A stretch of 64,000 nucleotides of DNA from Blastocladiella emersonii ATCC 22665 (Eukaryota; Fungi; Blastocladiomycota). The notes below the pieces were generated by a model, which searched no databases, was not told the origin of the DNA, and saw only the letters and a list, made by a program, of their open reading frames with translations. Below, one piece after another: positions 23,909 to 35,902 of this stretch; position 1 is the stretch's first letter, and each line of letters begins with the position of its first letter. The position numbers were made by a program, and so were the translations under genes. The stretch spans positions 1,240,001-1,304,000 of the forward strand of contig JANHCV010000012.1 of assembly GCA_025594325.1 (NCBI GenBank), in the 5' to 3' direction.

Positions 23909-26227
23909 CTACACGAGCGCGCCCACAGCGAGCAGCGCCTCGGCGCCACCGTTGTTCTTGCTCGGGAACCGGTTCCGCGCGATGCGCTGAAGGTGAACGA
24001 ACGAGTTCGAGTGCGCTATCAGGTCCTCCTTGCCGTCATCCTGCAAGAGCGGCCCGTTCTTACCCGCGGGAACAAGGCGGACGACGCGGGAGGGCGGGTC
24101 CGTCGGAAGCTTGACGAGAGCGAGCGTCGTGCGTTGAAGCAGGTCGACCGACTCGATCCCGTTCCCGACGGTCGTCTGCGGCTCCTCGCCCGAGTCGCGC
24201 GGATGAAACGCGTACTCGTACATGGCGGCGAGCGCGATGGTGTGCATGCTGCTCCACCCAAGGACCGACGAGAAAGTGTAAACCGCCAACAGAGCAGCAA
24301 GCGAAATGAGAAGCTCGACAGCTTCGATGCCGACGACCGTTTGAACGAACATTTGCGGACCACTTTTGAAAGCATAAGTTGGGACACTCGAGCCTTGGCT
24401 GACCCATCCACCCGTCCGGGCGACCGTCAAAGCAGTAGTCGCCCAGCCGTCACCCGGCGATAAAGTCTCGGAACCAGAGCCAGCACTGGCAAGCTGCCCG
24501 CGCACGCGAGAAAGCATCGTGGTCCAAAGCGATGGGCGGAGTTTCTGGTCAATGTAGGATTTGTCAAGGCAGCGCAAGGAGATAGGCCAAGACTGCGGTG
24601 CTTCCTGGACTGCACCAATCAAGTCCAGATACTGGTCGTATTCGAAGACGAATTGGTTGACATCTGGATTGAAGCCGACCTCCGTTGTGTTGAACGTTTT
24701 GAGCACTGTGCGGCACACTTGCGCGCCGCTGAGGTATTGAAGAAAAGGAAACGAGTCATTAGCCTTGACGCCGCCGACAAATCGAGTTGTGCCGCCGTCT
24801 TTGAGCGTAAGCGTGCAGAGTTCCGGGAGAGCGCCAACTTGGTCGCGCTGGGCCTCCTCGCGGAATTTCGGAATTTCCGTCAAGTTTTGCGCCGGGGTAA
24901 AATCCACTGTAGAGTTACCCGAAATGCGAACCAACCTGGTTGATTGGGCGGCTTTGGTGCAGTTTTGAACGATGGTTCAAGTAAGCGGGGCGGTCGTGTA
25001 AGACACGCCGGTCACGTTCGACTTGATATGAAGGTTGCTGGCGGTAAGCAAGCTCGTCCGTTTGGCCCAGTCTCCACCGCTCGTCTCGGACCCAAACGAC
25101 AACAATTCGATGGTACCTTCGGAAAGCATTTTCTCGGTCGTATGAACGAAAATAGCCAAGCTGTGCCCGAAACCCCCATCAAAGCCTGCGAGGTAATATT
25201 CGCTCCAGTCGCCGTAGAATAGCGAGCTGTCCTTGATACCCGGCACGGTGCGATTTTGAGCATCGATTTGACAGAAAGTACCCGGCTTGCTGGAAATTCG
25301 GCTGTTGAGCCAGTCCATGGTCTCCGAGGGCGTCAAGGCGCACTGAGTCTCGTAGCTCTGCACAACTGAAGCAATCGAAGTCACGCCATAAATCGGAGGA
25401 TCGCGGGCAACCCCGGACTTTGCCGTTTTCTTGGTACCTGCGGCGGGAACGTTGGAAGAAGCTGTGACACGGGCAATCGAACCAGCCGTCTCCGCAGTCG
25501 ACACGACTGGCAACGGCAGAGTAAGCGGGTACTGATTGATCAATGAGTTGTTGGAAATCAGCTTGGCAGTGTACAGAAGCGTTTGGCGACCAAAAGTATT
25601 GTAGCGACGAGGAACGCCTGCGTAGAATTGCATATCGATCTTCGAACCGTTTGCAAGGAAGTGCGACAAATCGACTGTTTTGGACCGCTGCCGGTACTCG
25701 GAGGGATTCAAGCACAGGTTGTTGTCGGTAAGCGCGGGCACAACGTCGAGTTCCGAAAGCGAGCCCGACGTGCGGACCCATTCCGAGTCGTCCGTTTTGA
25801 GGGTCAGTAGCGCCGAAAGTGCATCAAGGACGACGTCGCGCGGAAAGAGACGTCCAGTTGCGATACCAGGGAACGGATTCGATGCGTTGACGGCCGGACG
25901 CGCCCACACAATGCGCGACTCGCGGCCGATGCGCAAGTTGTTCATGTACGACGAGACGATCCAGTCGACGATCAGGCCGGTGGCGGCCAGAAGCATGAGA
26001 CCAAGCACGGCAAGCTTGTGGCGGATGCCACGGCGTGTCTTGAGCGTGAGCTGGCGGAAACTGGCCGAGACGGCGGCGGGGACCGACAGGTTCATGAGGA
26101 TCGAGAGACCGGGGCGCCGAGCGAAGACGAGCTGGAAGACAAGCGTGTCGAGTACGCTGACCACGACCATGCGGGTCAGCGTCGACCAGATGCTGAACTC
26201 GGTCAAGCCGAGGTAGACGAGCGGCAT
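23909..26227 (-). pseudogene. Multi-pass membrane glycoprotein paralog with in-frame TGA at 24977-24979
   Basis: Collinear with 33322..35637 (YLGLTEFS.WSTLTRMVVVSV.DTLVFQLVFARRPGLSILMNLSVPAAVSASFRQL). ORFs 24977..26434 and 23909..24934 share a frame. The stop aligns with Gly in the paralog. Confidence 0.75.
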
Positions 26228-26694
26228 TTCATTCGTTTCCGTTGAGTTGTTGGCGAGGGAGGAGAAAGGGGAGCGCGCGAGGAGCGTTTTGTTCACGGCC
26301 AGGAGCGCTGCGGTGCTTACTGTTGCAGTCCCACTGTACACTGCAACAACGACATTCAGGTGCGGTGCTACCATCAGGACAGCCAGGGTTGCGGTGGTGG
26401 TGTCCGAGTCGACGAGCACTGATAGGTTTCGCACCGCAAGATCGCGAGCGAAGTGACAGCTGGAGCGCGTGCCTCGGCCCTCGCTTCCTCCACCATTACT
26501 TTCACTTGGAGTTACTCAGTCGAGGCTCGCGTACGGGCCAAGGTTTCATCAGCTTCATAGTTGCAGCAAGTCATGGCTGGCGGCGTTGCATGGTGGGCGA
26601 ACTCGGGCTCGCGCTGAGAGCGAGCGTTCAAGACGAGGCGGACGATGATCAAAAAAGATACAAATTACACATGAAGCGGCTCACGCCCGACAGC

Positions 26695-27220
26695 TCATGC
26701 CATGGGCTCGTCCTCCTGCTCGGCGGGCGGTGCGGGCGTCGTGACGGCCTGGATGCTAGAGGTTCGATGCGGGGTTGCGTCAGTCGCCGCGCGGTTGCCA
26801 CCGACAGATGAGGGGAAGGCGTACAGCGAGATGCAGTCGCCCTTGAGCAGGGTGCGGCCGAGCTTCTTGCGGCGAACGACTGTCCGGGTGTTCTTCTTGT
26901 AGTGGACCTCCTCGGCGTCGTCCATAACGAGGTTCATGAACTCGTCGAAGCCGGCGATGATGCCCTCGAGGCGCATCCAGTCGTTGTCAAAGAGCCACAC
27001 GGCCACGCGCTGCTTCTACAGCGTCGCGCGGAAGGAGGGCGGGGTCAGCGGGTGGGGCTCCGCGTGGGCGACGGGGGAAGCGCACGGACCGCCTGGAAGT
27101 GCTTGAAGATCACCGTCTAGACACAATGGGAGAGGGTTAGCGCGTATCCGTGTGTGCGGCATGGCGTGGAGGAGGGCATACAATCGGCTGGACCATGACC
27201 TTCTGGACCTTGGTCGACAT
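26695..27220 (-). CDS. SME1: Small nuclear ribonucleoprotein E (SmE), 3 introns
   Basis: MSTKVQKVMVQPI|TVIFKHFQA|KQRVAVWLFDNDWMRLEGIIAGFDEFMNLVMDDAEEV...LGRTLLKGDCISL. Confidence 0.95.
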
Positions 27221-27548
27221 GTTGGCGTTCGGGGTGGCGGTCGGGGATAAATCAAGCAGACAAGAGTGTTGATGCGTAGTGCGGCAGTCCGTTGCAGGGA
27301 GCGGCGCGGGTATTCGATGCGTAGCTTCGTAGCGTGTTGTAGGAGACCAGGGCGCGCGACTGAGCGGCGACGAGCGCGAGAAGGGCCGGCCGGGCGCTGC
27401 AGGCCGTCGCGTGACGCGATGGGCGTGGCAGGTGTCTCTCGGCCGCGCTGCCGCGAGTGGCGCGCGCGTTCTCTGAGCGACGCGCTCTCTCCCTTCCCCG
27501 CACTTTTTGAACGCAATCGCACACACGAACTCTCATGGACCTGCCACC

Positions 27549-29015
27549 ATGGCCGACTGCAACATCTTGCTCGTCATCTTTGTCGTGTTCCTCATCACGT
27601 ACATCCCCGTCTCTGCGCAGCTGCTCGTGCTGCAGTTCTACTTCCCGTTCGGCGCGAGCTGGAAGCACTCGCTCTTCTACGTCGTGTTCGACGGGTCGGT
27701 GCTGATGCTGTGGTTCAACTACTACAAGGCCGTCACCATGGACCCGGGCCGCGTGCCGCTCGACTGGGTATGGTGCCCGCGCGCGCGTTCGCGGTCGATC
27801 CGAAGCTCGCTCACATGCGTGCGCGGGACTAGGACCCGAGCAAGCAGACGGACGGGTTCGTCGAGCTCAAGCAGTCGACGACGGCGCCGCGGTTCTGCCG
27901 CACGTGCCAGGTCAACAAGCCGCCGCGCGCGCACCACTGCAGCTCGTGCAACCGCTGCGTGCTCAAGATGGACCACCACTGCCCGTGGATCAACAACTGC
28001 GGTACGGCTGCCACCAGCTCGGATCGCTGTATCGCATACTCACCGTGACGCGCCGTGAGTCTAGTCGGCCACCGCAACCAGCCCTACTTTCTGCGGTTCC
28101 TGTTCTACGTCAACGTGGCCACGAGCCTGTGCGTCGGCGCCCTCGGGTACCAGATGTACGACTGGGTCACGTCGCCGTACCCGGCGTGGGTACGCTCTCT
28201 CCCGCATACGCGTCGAGTACGCGAGCACTCGGGCTGACCCCGTCCTCACGCGCGCACACGTCCAGTACTACTCGGACGCGGTCTTCTACCAGATCGTCGG
28301 CACCGTGCTCGACCTGATCATGGGCGTCCCCGTGCTGCTCATGGTGGGCGGCCTGTCGGCGTACCACTTCTACTACGTGGCAACCAACTGCACGACCATC
28401 GAGTCCATGGAAAAGGAGCGCAAGGCGCTGGTGCAGCGGCACGACGGCCTGATCGGCAGCGTGCACAACCCGTACAAGCTCGGCGTGTGGGCCAACATCA
28501 CGTCGGTCTTCGGCCCGAACCCGCTCCTGTGGCTGCTCCCGGTCGACTCGGCGCGTGGCGACGGGCTCGCCTTCCCCATCAACGAGACGGCCCGCTGGGA
28601 GTACCTGCAGCACCCGCCCGCGGTCCCGCAGCTGCCCAAGTTCGCGCACCCGGGCGGCCACGTGCGCCGCGGCAGCGAGGGGTACGAGGTCGATATGGAC
28701 GCGCTCAACCCGTACGCCGGCTACTACGCCCAGCAGCAGCAGTTTGCGCAGCAGCAGGCGGCCGCGACCGCGGGGATGATGAACCTCGGCCACGGCGCCG
28801 ACCCACACGCGATGCCGACGCACGGCGCGGCCGCGGGCCCGCAGTACGGCGGCGCCCACGCCATGCACGCGCCGCCCGTGTACCCCGGGTACGGCGGCGG
28901 CGGCGCGCCGCTCGCGCCCGGCGCGGCCGAGGAGGTCGACGAGCTCGACGACCACGTGCCGCTGATCCACGCCAAGGAGCGGCTGCTCGCCAAGCGCGAC
29001 AAGAAGAAGGACTAG
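27549..29015 (+). CDS. DHHC palmitoyltransferase (PFA4/ZDHHC6-like), multi-exon
   Basis: DPGRVP; [42 protein letters not shown]; NCTTIE; NPYKLG. Confidence 0.93.
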
Positions 29016-29263
29016 GCGTGATGAAGAGGGGATGAATCTACTATATATTGCACTAGTTTAGCGAGCGTGTCTCGGCGGCATGTTCGCGGCTCGGGTGAGG
29101 TGAATCACGCGTCGCGCCACATTGATCGCCGCCCCCGCTGCGCACGCTGAGACCCCCGCCTCAAAGCGGCGCGCCTCCCCCCGCCGCCCACCTTCCCTCC
29201 CGGGCGAGTACCACGCTGATAATAGCTGCCACGCATCAACGTATCCACGCACCAACCACCACC

Positions 29264-30235
29264 ATGTTCTCGTCGCACGAGTACCACGACCCCAACTACG
29301 ACTACGAGCGCCCGCGCGGCGCGTACGCCCACCACCCCGGCGGCGCGGCGGTGCACACGACGACGCACCTGGTGCCGAACCCGGCGGGCACGGTGCTCAA
29401 GGAGACGCGCGACAACACGCCGTCGATGTGGGTCGCGTACGACGCGCGCGAGCGGCCGTCGGCCAAGACGGTCGCCAAGCGCAAGCTCGCGGCCGACGAG
29501 CGGCGGTCCGCGCACGACTACGGGTACGCGCGCGGCGTCGACCTGTTCGAGGCCTCGCCCATCGACGAGTTCGCCATGCGCGAGCCCTCGGCCATGCACG
29601 GCCGCTGGGAAAAGTACATGGGCCGCGTCACCGACGTCGTCGGCCGCATCACGCGCAACCCCGCGCGCCAGGTCCACGGCGAGGAGCGCGTCGCCATGGG
29701 CGAGGCCGAGGTCGACATGTCCCGCGAGTTCCTCAACACCCGCGCCCACATGGCCGCCGTCCATGGCACGCACCCCACCGCCGCGGCGCCGGCCGTGTAC
29801 CACGAACCCGCCGTCATTGACTCGGACGTGATCGAGCGGTACCCGACGCACCTCCGGCCCGCGGCTGCCGGCGCCTTCGGCGAGCCCGAGCCCATGCTCG
29901 AGCCGCACCACTACCACGAGACCTCGGCCCCGTCGCGCAGGCCGACCGCCGCCGGCATCTACCCGCGCTCGACGCTCGCGCCCACCGACCCCATGTACGA
30001 GCCGCCGTACCCGGCCGCCACGGGCCGCGGCACCGCCGAGGGCGAGCGCCACCATGCCGGCCACTCCGGCGGCTACTACCACCATCACCGTCACCGCGAG
30101 CACCGCCACACCGAGGAGCCCGTCGCTCATCTCCACCACGGCCACGGCCACGGCGGGCACGCCGGGCACCAGCAGCAGCGCCGCCGCGGGCATGTCGACG
30201 ACTACGAGCGCGATATCGCGCGGCAGTACGCGTAG
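29264..30235 (+). CDS. His-rich hypothetical protein with CsbD-like segment
   Basis: 323-codon high-GC3 ORF; GRWEKYMGRVTDVVGRITRNPARQVHGEERVAMGEAE resembles CsbD-like stress proteins. Confidence 0.6.
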   Translation: MFSSHEYHDPNYDYERPRGAYAHHPGGAAVHTTTHLVPNPAGTVLKETRDNTPSMWVAYDARERPSAKTVAKRKLAADERRSAHDYGYARGVDLFEASPIDEFAMREPSAMHGRWEKYMGRVTDVVGRITRNPARQVHGEERVAMGEAEVDMSREFLNTRAHMAAVHGTHPTAAAPAVYHEPAVIDSDVIERYPTHLRPAAAGAFGEPEPMLEPHHYHETSAPSRRPTAAGIYPRSTLAPTDPMYEPPYPAATGRGTAEGERHHAGHSGGYYHHHRHREHRHTEEPVAHLHHGHGHGGHAGHQQQRRRGHVDDYERDIARQYA

Positions 30236-31667
30236 ACGGGCGCGTGTGGGTGAATGAGAAGAGTGTCGATGATGAAGAGTTCAGTGTATCGAATATCAAA
30301 GTTTATTGCCGTTGATCCACGTCTTCTCTCGTGCTGACATCGACTGCGACCGCTCGATGAGATTTTCCGCCCGCATGCTTCGCCGATCAAGGAACTTCGT
30401 CGCCAGGGCGCCGTCGGATCAGAGCGCCGATCATCCCGCGACTTGAAACGGCCCAGTCGCAATGTGGCGCAACGCGACTGAAGCCGGCCGAGCGCGCGAG
30501 CGTCACCGCACGCCGTCCACGACCTGCACTCGCAGTTGGCCGAAAGATCTCGAAGCTGCGCCGTAGGCTTCTTTCACGCTGCTGACCAGTTGCATGCATC
30601 ACTCACGGTCGGTCAACCGTGTTCAAGATCACGTAGCTGACTTCGCTCACACCGTTGAGCCGTCGCAAGTGTCGTGAAAGCAACCAGGCAGGATCTATTC
30701 GTGAGCAGTGCCCCGCATCTTGACGTGAGCGGCGCGAAACTCGATCCAAGACCCGTACAAGCGAGCTTTCTCCTCGTGTGCGCGTGGCGGAGCTTTTCGC
30801 AACGCGCGTACGAGGAGAAAGAGAGCTGGTGCAGGTACTGACTGGATCGACTTGAGAGAACCGCCGAGTGCAAGCGAGGTAGAAATCCGCGAGAAGACGC
30901 GCTTCGAGTGTTTTCATGAGAAGGTGAGATTGAGCCAAACGAGTCGTTCGCCGCGATACGGCAAAGAGCTTCGAAGGAAGCGTGATTGGTAAGCTTGTGG
31001 GTTGGGTCATCGATCAGGTCGGTGTCGCGTGCTAAGGCCACGAGCCGCATGTCAAGAGGGCCGAAAGCCTGACGGAAGGATTCCGTAGTAATTTTCTCGT
31101 GGTGGAATCGTGACTGTCCCTGTGCACGAATGAGTCGCGGGCAGAGTGCGGGTCAAAGACGCTCGGAAATCAGTGACCAGAGTGAGCAACGCAAAGTGTT
31201 GCGAGTCGGGGAGAAGCGCACCTTCGACGATTCATGGACGACACGCCTCAGTACTCGTCACTTCCGACTCAGTCCAGACTTCAAATGCTCGGGATTGGTC
31301 CCGAACACTGGGTGTGTTTGACCTCCCAGGCCGGTACCAGCGACCCGGCGTGCGTCCAGCGACCTTTCTGGGGCGGCGTTGCCGCCGTCGGGTTGCGCAG
31401 TTCCGCGACCGTGCTCGAGTTCCACCGCGATGCTCGAGTGTGAAGAGCACCGACGTGAGGTGGCCGTTCATTCGAATGCATCAAGTCATGATAGAGTTTC
31501 GTGCGGCGTCGCCTATGGAGATGACAAGGGGCCAGAGCGTGGGTCGGACCGGCGCGCTGAAGAGAGTCAGCCACACACGGCGCGCGCGTCGGTCAAAGTC
31601 GCCGCGGCGGCGTGGCTCTCTGCTCTCTCCCGCATCCGTGCCAATGAAACGACACGCGCACCCCATC

Positions 31668-33002
31668 ATGGATCAAACTCGCTGCAATGTATCCGCCGAT
31701 GAACTCGAAGCTGCGCTAGCGCCTGTCCAAGACCCGGTCGTCGCCGCGTGGCTGCGCCGCATCGTCGCGGACGCGTTCGACTCGCGCGTCGTACTGAGCG
31801 ACCTCCCGTTTCTTGCTCGTTACTATGGCGCCCTGTGCATGTACTGCCTCGAGCCGCCGCCCGCGGGTGGCTCGCACGGCATCAACCGGCCCTGGAGCTG
31901 CTCCGCCCTGTCGCGCCACAACGTCGTGCCCTGCTGCGAGTGGTGCCGCCGCATGATGGCGAACCTGTCGCTCCTCGCCTTTGAGTCGAAGGTCAAGTTC
32001 ATCTTCAATCGTTTCACGTTTTCGCGGTGCAGGGACGACGTGCCGCTTCCGTCCGCCGCCGACCATGCCAAGCGTTACTCGGCAGGCGCGCGCCCGCTCG
32101 AGCTCGCGGCTATCACGAACGCGCGCCTGAACCCGCAGGAGCTTCCGCATCCGTGCTTCTTCTGTCACTGTTCCGAGGCCAATCTCGTCGAGATGTTTGC
32201 GTCCTTTGGCGGTCCAGCCGTGTTCGCCCAGACGACCATGTGCCACCTGGATCCACGTCGGAGGCAGGATTTCAAGGAGTCGCACATCGCTTGCTTTGAC
32301 TGCTGCCGCATGACGCACCGGCTTACGTTCGAGGAGTTGGTCGCTCAGGTCCGCCGCGTGCACCGCAGCAACTTTGTCGCGAAGATCGACGAGTTGCTCG
32401 GGTCTGACGCGGCGCTCAAGGCTGCGATCGTTGACCGCGACCTGCACTTGGCTCGCCGCGTTCCACTTCTTCCGCGCGAGCCCGACCTGCACAGGCCGAT
32501 CGCCGTGTACCACGCGCCCTCCACGCGCACGACTCCCCCATCCGAGTGCCTCGCGCTGTACCCGTCCCGCGCCGCCGCGGAGACGATGCTCGGTCCGCTG
32601 CGTTCGTGGGGCCACCACGTCGGGTACGCAGACAAGGACTTTGTGAACCACGGCTACTGGTTTCACTTCATTTCCGCGGACGAGTACGAGTCTCTCGCGG
32701 CCAGCCTCGATCTGGAGCGGCACCTTGCATTCCAGGTCGCGTTCCTCGAGGCCAAGTTTGGTCTCGAGTCGACCCAGGTCTTTGAATGCGCTTGTTCTGG
32801 ATGCGAGGCGTACCACGCGCACGCAAAGTGGGAGGCCGAGCGGCACCTCATGTCGTCCAAAGACCGTGGGAAGTTTCGGCCGCTTGAGAAGAGTTACAAG
32901 GCTGCTCGCAGCAACTTGACCAAGGGTTTGGACGCGTCGATGCCTCGGCCGCTTCCGGACTGGCTGCGAGTTGACCTTGTGGCCGCAATTGATGAGTCTT
33001 AA
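31668..33002 (+). CDS. Intronless tandem HNH-like (CxxC...CxxC) protein with NUMOD1-like domain; virus/phage-like
   Basis: CMYC..GINR..NVVPCCEWCRRM..LSLLAF..V..I; second repeat CFFC..HLDP..HIACFDCCRM..LTFEEL..V..V; RPIAVY..LALYPSRAAAETMLG..GYWFHF. Confidence 0.7.
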   Translation: MDQTRCNVSADELEAALAPVQDPVVAAWLRRIVADAFDSRVVLSDLPFLARYYGALCMYCLEPPPAGGSHGINRPWSCSALSRHNVVPCCEWCRRMMANLSLLAFESKVKFIFNRFTFSRCRDDVPLPSAADHAKRYSAGARPLELAAITNARLNPQELPHPCFFCHCSEANLVEMFASFGGPAVFAQTTMCHLDPRRRQDFKESHIACFDCCRMTHRLTFEELVAQVRRVHRSNFVAKIDELLGSDAALKAAIVDRDLHLARRVPLLPREPDLHRPIAVYHAPSTRTTPPSECLALYPSRAAAETMLGPLRSWGHHVGYADKDFVNHGYWFHFISADEYESLAASLDLERHLAFQVAFLEAKFGLESTQVFECACSGCEAYHAHAKWEAERHLMSSKDRGKFRPLEKSYKAARSNLTKGLDASMPRPLPDWLRVDLVAAIDES

Positions 33003-33321
33003 AAGCTCGTTCATGCGGACTCAGAGTATTTTTTGGAGTAACGCATCTTGTCGATCGATAATATTTCAACCGTGCTCAAAAGGACCACCGATATCGGGAT
33101 TCAGTGCTCGCTTGACCACACTTTCGTGTTTCGCAAGGCGCACTCAGGTGAGAGCACGCGATCGATCGCCGCCTTCCTGAAATGCGGTGCGCTACGGTTC
33201 CTACGCGTTGCGCCACAGAGACGCGTCACCAACGACGCGTGCGCGCTCCCATCCAAACCTCACCGTGCGTGGTATTCTCTCTCCCTGGAACCCTGTCAGC
33301 TCATGAATTAATGCTACCCTG

Positions 33322-35637
33322 ATGCTACTCATTTATCTCGGACTGACCGAATTCAGCCTGTGGTCGACGCTGACCCGCATGGTGGTGGTCAGCGTCTTCG
33401 ACACGCTCGTCTTCCAACTGGTCTTCGCGCGCCGCCCCGGCCTCTCGATCCTCATGAACCTGTCGGTCCCAGCCGCCGTCTCGGCCAGCTTCCGCCAGCT
33501 TTCTCTCGCCACGCCCAACGTTCCTCGCCGCAAGCTCTTCATTCTCGCTCTCACGGTTCTCGCGGCCACGGGACTGATCGTCGACTGGCTCGTCTCGTCG
33601 TACATCAATAACTTGCGCGAGACGCGCGAGGCCCGTATCGTGTGGGCACGGGCCGCCGTGAACGCGTCCTTCCCGTTCCCCGGCATCGCCACGGGCCGGC
33701 TGTTCCCGCGCGACACGGTGCTCGATGCGCTCGCGTCCGTCTTCCCGACCCGCTTTGACCAAACCAACACATGGATGCGCGCGTCGGGGTCGTTTTCGGA
33801 GCCCGACGTGCTTCCACGACTGCTCAACCGCAAGCTATGCTCTGGCGACGAGGTGCGGCGGACGCCCGCTGAGCCTGTCGAATTCTTTCCCCAGGGCAGA
33901 AACGGCGCTCAGTTACGTTTCAACCTCAATGCCGGCGTCTCCCGTCGGTATAACAGGTTCGGCACGCAGACGTTCCAGTACACGGGCTGGCTCAAATCCA
34001 CGCGCAACTTCGAGTTTGGGTTCCCGTTCGCGCTTCCCCTCCCTATCGGCTTTGCGGCCGAGACGTCTGGGTCGCTTTCTCGTCTTCCAGTCGGAGTTGG
34101 TGCCGCATCTGATCTCGAGCCGAGCGCGGACGAGGCCAACGCATCGCAGGAACCCGGTCAAGTCGACGTGCGCGAACCTCCAATCTACGGCGTCATGGCC
34201 ATTGGCCCGTTCGTCCAGGCGTACTCGACGCAGTGCGACCTGCAGCCTCACGAGGTTGTCGGGTGGCTGAACGCGCGGATCAATGTCCCCTATCCCGTGT
34301 TCCGCGCCATGAACGAAACCAGCGGCGCCGTGATTGGGAACAGTACTGGCTCACTTTTCTACGCAGACGCGACCGAGTACCGCGACCTTGGAACCGCGGG
34401 CTTCACCGGGTACAGTCTCGCCACTTTCTTCCATACGACCGGAGAGCTGCTTGCCAGGGGTACCATCGAGCTGCTTTCCATTGGTTCCGAGTCGAGCGGG
34501 GGCAAGCACTCGAAGCGCACAAGCGTGATCCCTGCGTCCGAGCTGTACGTGTCACGGCGCGGCCCAGTTTACCGGACGGCGGCGCCTCTCAAAGGCAACA
34601 TCAATCGCGTGTGCACCGAAACTGCTCAGTCGACGGGCATCATCCCTGTCAACACCACAGCAGCAATCGCCTTTGACACGACCGGCAACTGGACCCGTTT
34701 GCCCCCGTTCAGCAACCTGACCAAGGCCGCGGGCATCACCGCCTCCCCGCAGCTGTGCACTATCATGTTTGCAAACGGTGCAGGAACGGAGTTCGACCAA
34801 GAATTCGCGGCCAACAACTCCGGGATTCTCGTCAAGTACCTCAGCGGCGCGCAGGTGTGCCGCACCATGATCAAAACGTTCATGACCAACTTCAACCCCG
34901 CGAACTTCACCAACCTGGCCAACTTCACTGCGGCCGACGAGTTCATGGACATGATCGGCGCGGTCCAGCAGGTCCCAAAAGCGTGGCCCGTCTCGCTGCG
35001 GTGCCTTGACGACACGTACGTCGGCCGAGGATCGCGCCCGTGGCTCTGGACCACGGCGCTCTCGGGCGTCCGCCAGAGCGCGAACCAGGCGACGGGTCCA
35101 GGCGACGGATGGGCGGCAACCACATTCACGACGGCGCGGACGGGCGGCTGGGTCCGCCAGATTTACAGCGCGCCGAGCTACGTGATCAAGGATGGCGCGC
35201 AGATGTTCATCCAGACGGTCGTGGGCGTAGATGTCATCGAACTCGTCATCACGCTGGCCGCCGTCATCTCGGTGTACGTCTCTTCGTCGGTGCTCGGGTG
35301 GAGCAGCATGCACAAGATCGCGATCACGGCCATGTACGAGTTTGCGCTTCGCCCGCGCGGTCCAGGCGAGCAGCCGCAGGCCGAGGTCGGCGACGGGATC
35401 GAGTGCGTCGACCTGTTGCAGCGCACAACACTCGTGCTCCTCGAGCTCCCCACTGATCCGCCCGCCCGCGTCATTCGACTTGTCGCAGCGCGCAAGGACG
35501 GGTCGCCCAAGGACCGGCTCGACGACGGCGCGCAAGTTCTCGCTCACTCGACGTCCGTGCTCCACCTCGAGCGGATCGCGCGCGACTATGACGCTACCAA
35601 GTCGCGGAGCGGGGCTCATGGCTCAGCTGCGGCCTGA
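33322..35637 (+). CDS. Hypothetical membrane glycoprotein (N-terminal TMs, large ectodomain, C-terminal TM), intact paralog of 23909..26227
   Basis: 771-codon intronless ORF; hydrophobic segments near both ends; many N-x-S/T sequons in the middle. Confidence 0.85.
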   Translation: MLLIYLGLTEFSLWSTLTRMVVVSVFDTLVFQLVFARRPGLSILMNLSVPAAVSASFRQLSLATPNVPRRKLFILALTVLAATGLIVDWLVSSYINNLRETREARIVWARAAVNASFPFPGIATGRLFPRDTVLDALASVFPTRFDQTNTWMRASGSFSEPDVLPRLLNRKLCSGDEVRRTPAEPVEFFPQGRNGAQLRFNLNAGVSRRYNRFGTQTFQYTGWLKSTRNFEFGFPFALPLPIGFAAETSGSLSRLPVGVGAASDLEPSADEANASQEPGQVDVREPPIYGVMAIGPFVQAYSTQCDLQPHEVVGWLNARINVPYPVFRAMNETSGAVIGNSTGSLFYADATEYRDLGTAGFTGYSLATFFHTTGELLARGTIELLSIGSESSGGKHSKRTSVIPASELYVSRRGPVYRTAAPLKGNINRVCTETAQSTGIIPVNTTAAIAFDTTGNWTRLPPFSNLTKAAGITASPQLCTIMFANGAGTEFDQEFAANNSGILVKYLSGAQVCRTMIKTFMTNFNPANFTNLANFTAADEFMDMIGAVQQVPKAWPVSLRCLDDTYVGRGSRPWLWTTALSGVRQSANQATGPGDGWAATTFTTARTGGWVRQIYSAPSYVIKDGAQMFIQTVVGVDVIELVITLAAVISVYVSSSVLGWSSMHKIAITAMYEFALRPRGPGEQPQAEVGDGIECVDLLQRTTLVLLELPTDPPARVIRLVAARKDGSPKDRLDDGAQVLAHSTSVLHLERIARDYDATKSRSGAHGSAAA

Positions 35638-35902
35638 TGGGCTGCCGCCCAATGTGTCGTTACCTCTCGCACTCATAGCAAAGATGTACCTGATCCGCTT
35701 CACGACGACTGACTGGGCGCGGCTCAAGTCGCAAGACGCGTCTGTTCGACCTCGCCGTGGGTGGTGATCTGCTCCGTGATCGGGCCGGTGATGGCTCGGA
35801 ACGCCACATGCAGGGCTTTGCCCTGAAATATTGGGTGGCCCCTTCGAAAGTCTCGGTCTGTGTCACGTGCTTTTGGCGGATTTCACTTGGTTTCATCAAG
35901 TC

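Noticed and set aside
13468-24979. Alternative genetic code or selenocysteine readthrough explaining the internal TAG (13468) and TGA (24977)
   Set aside because: Conserved genes here terminate normally at TAA, TAG and TGA, and the TGA aligns with Gly rather than Cys or Trp.
30300-31660. Short ORFs and the 174-codon upstream extension of the HNH ORF
   Set aside because: No codon bias or motifs; the coding-like signal begins at ATG 31668.
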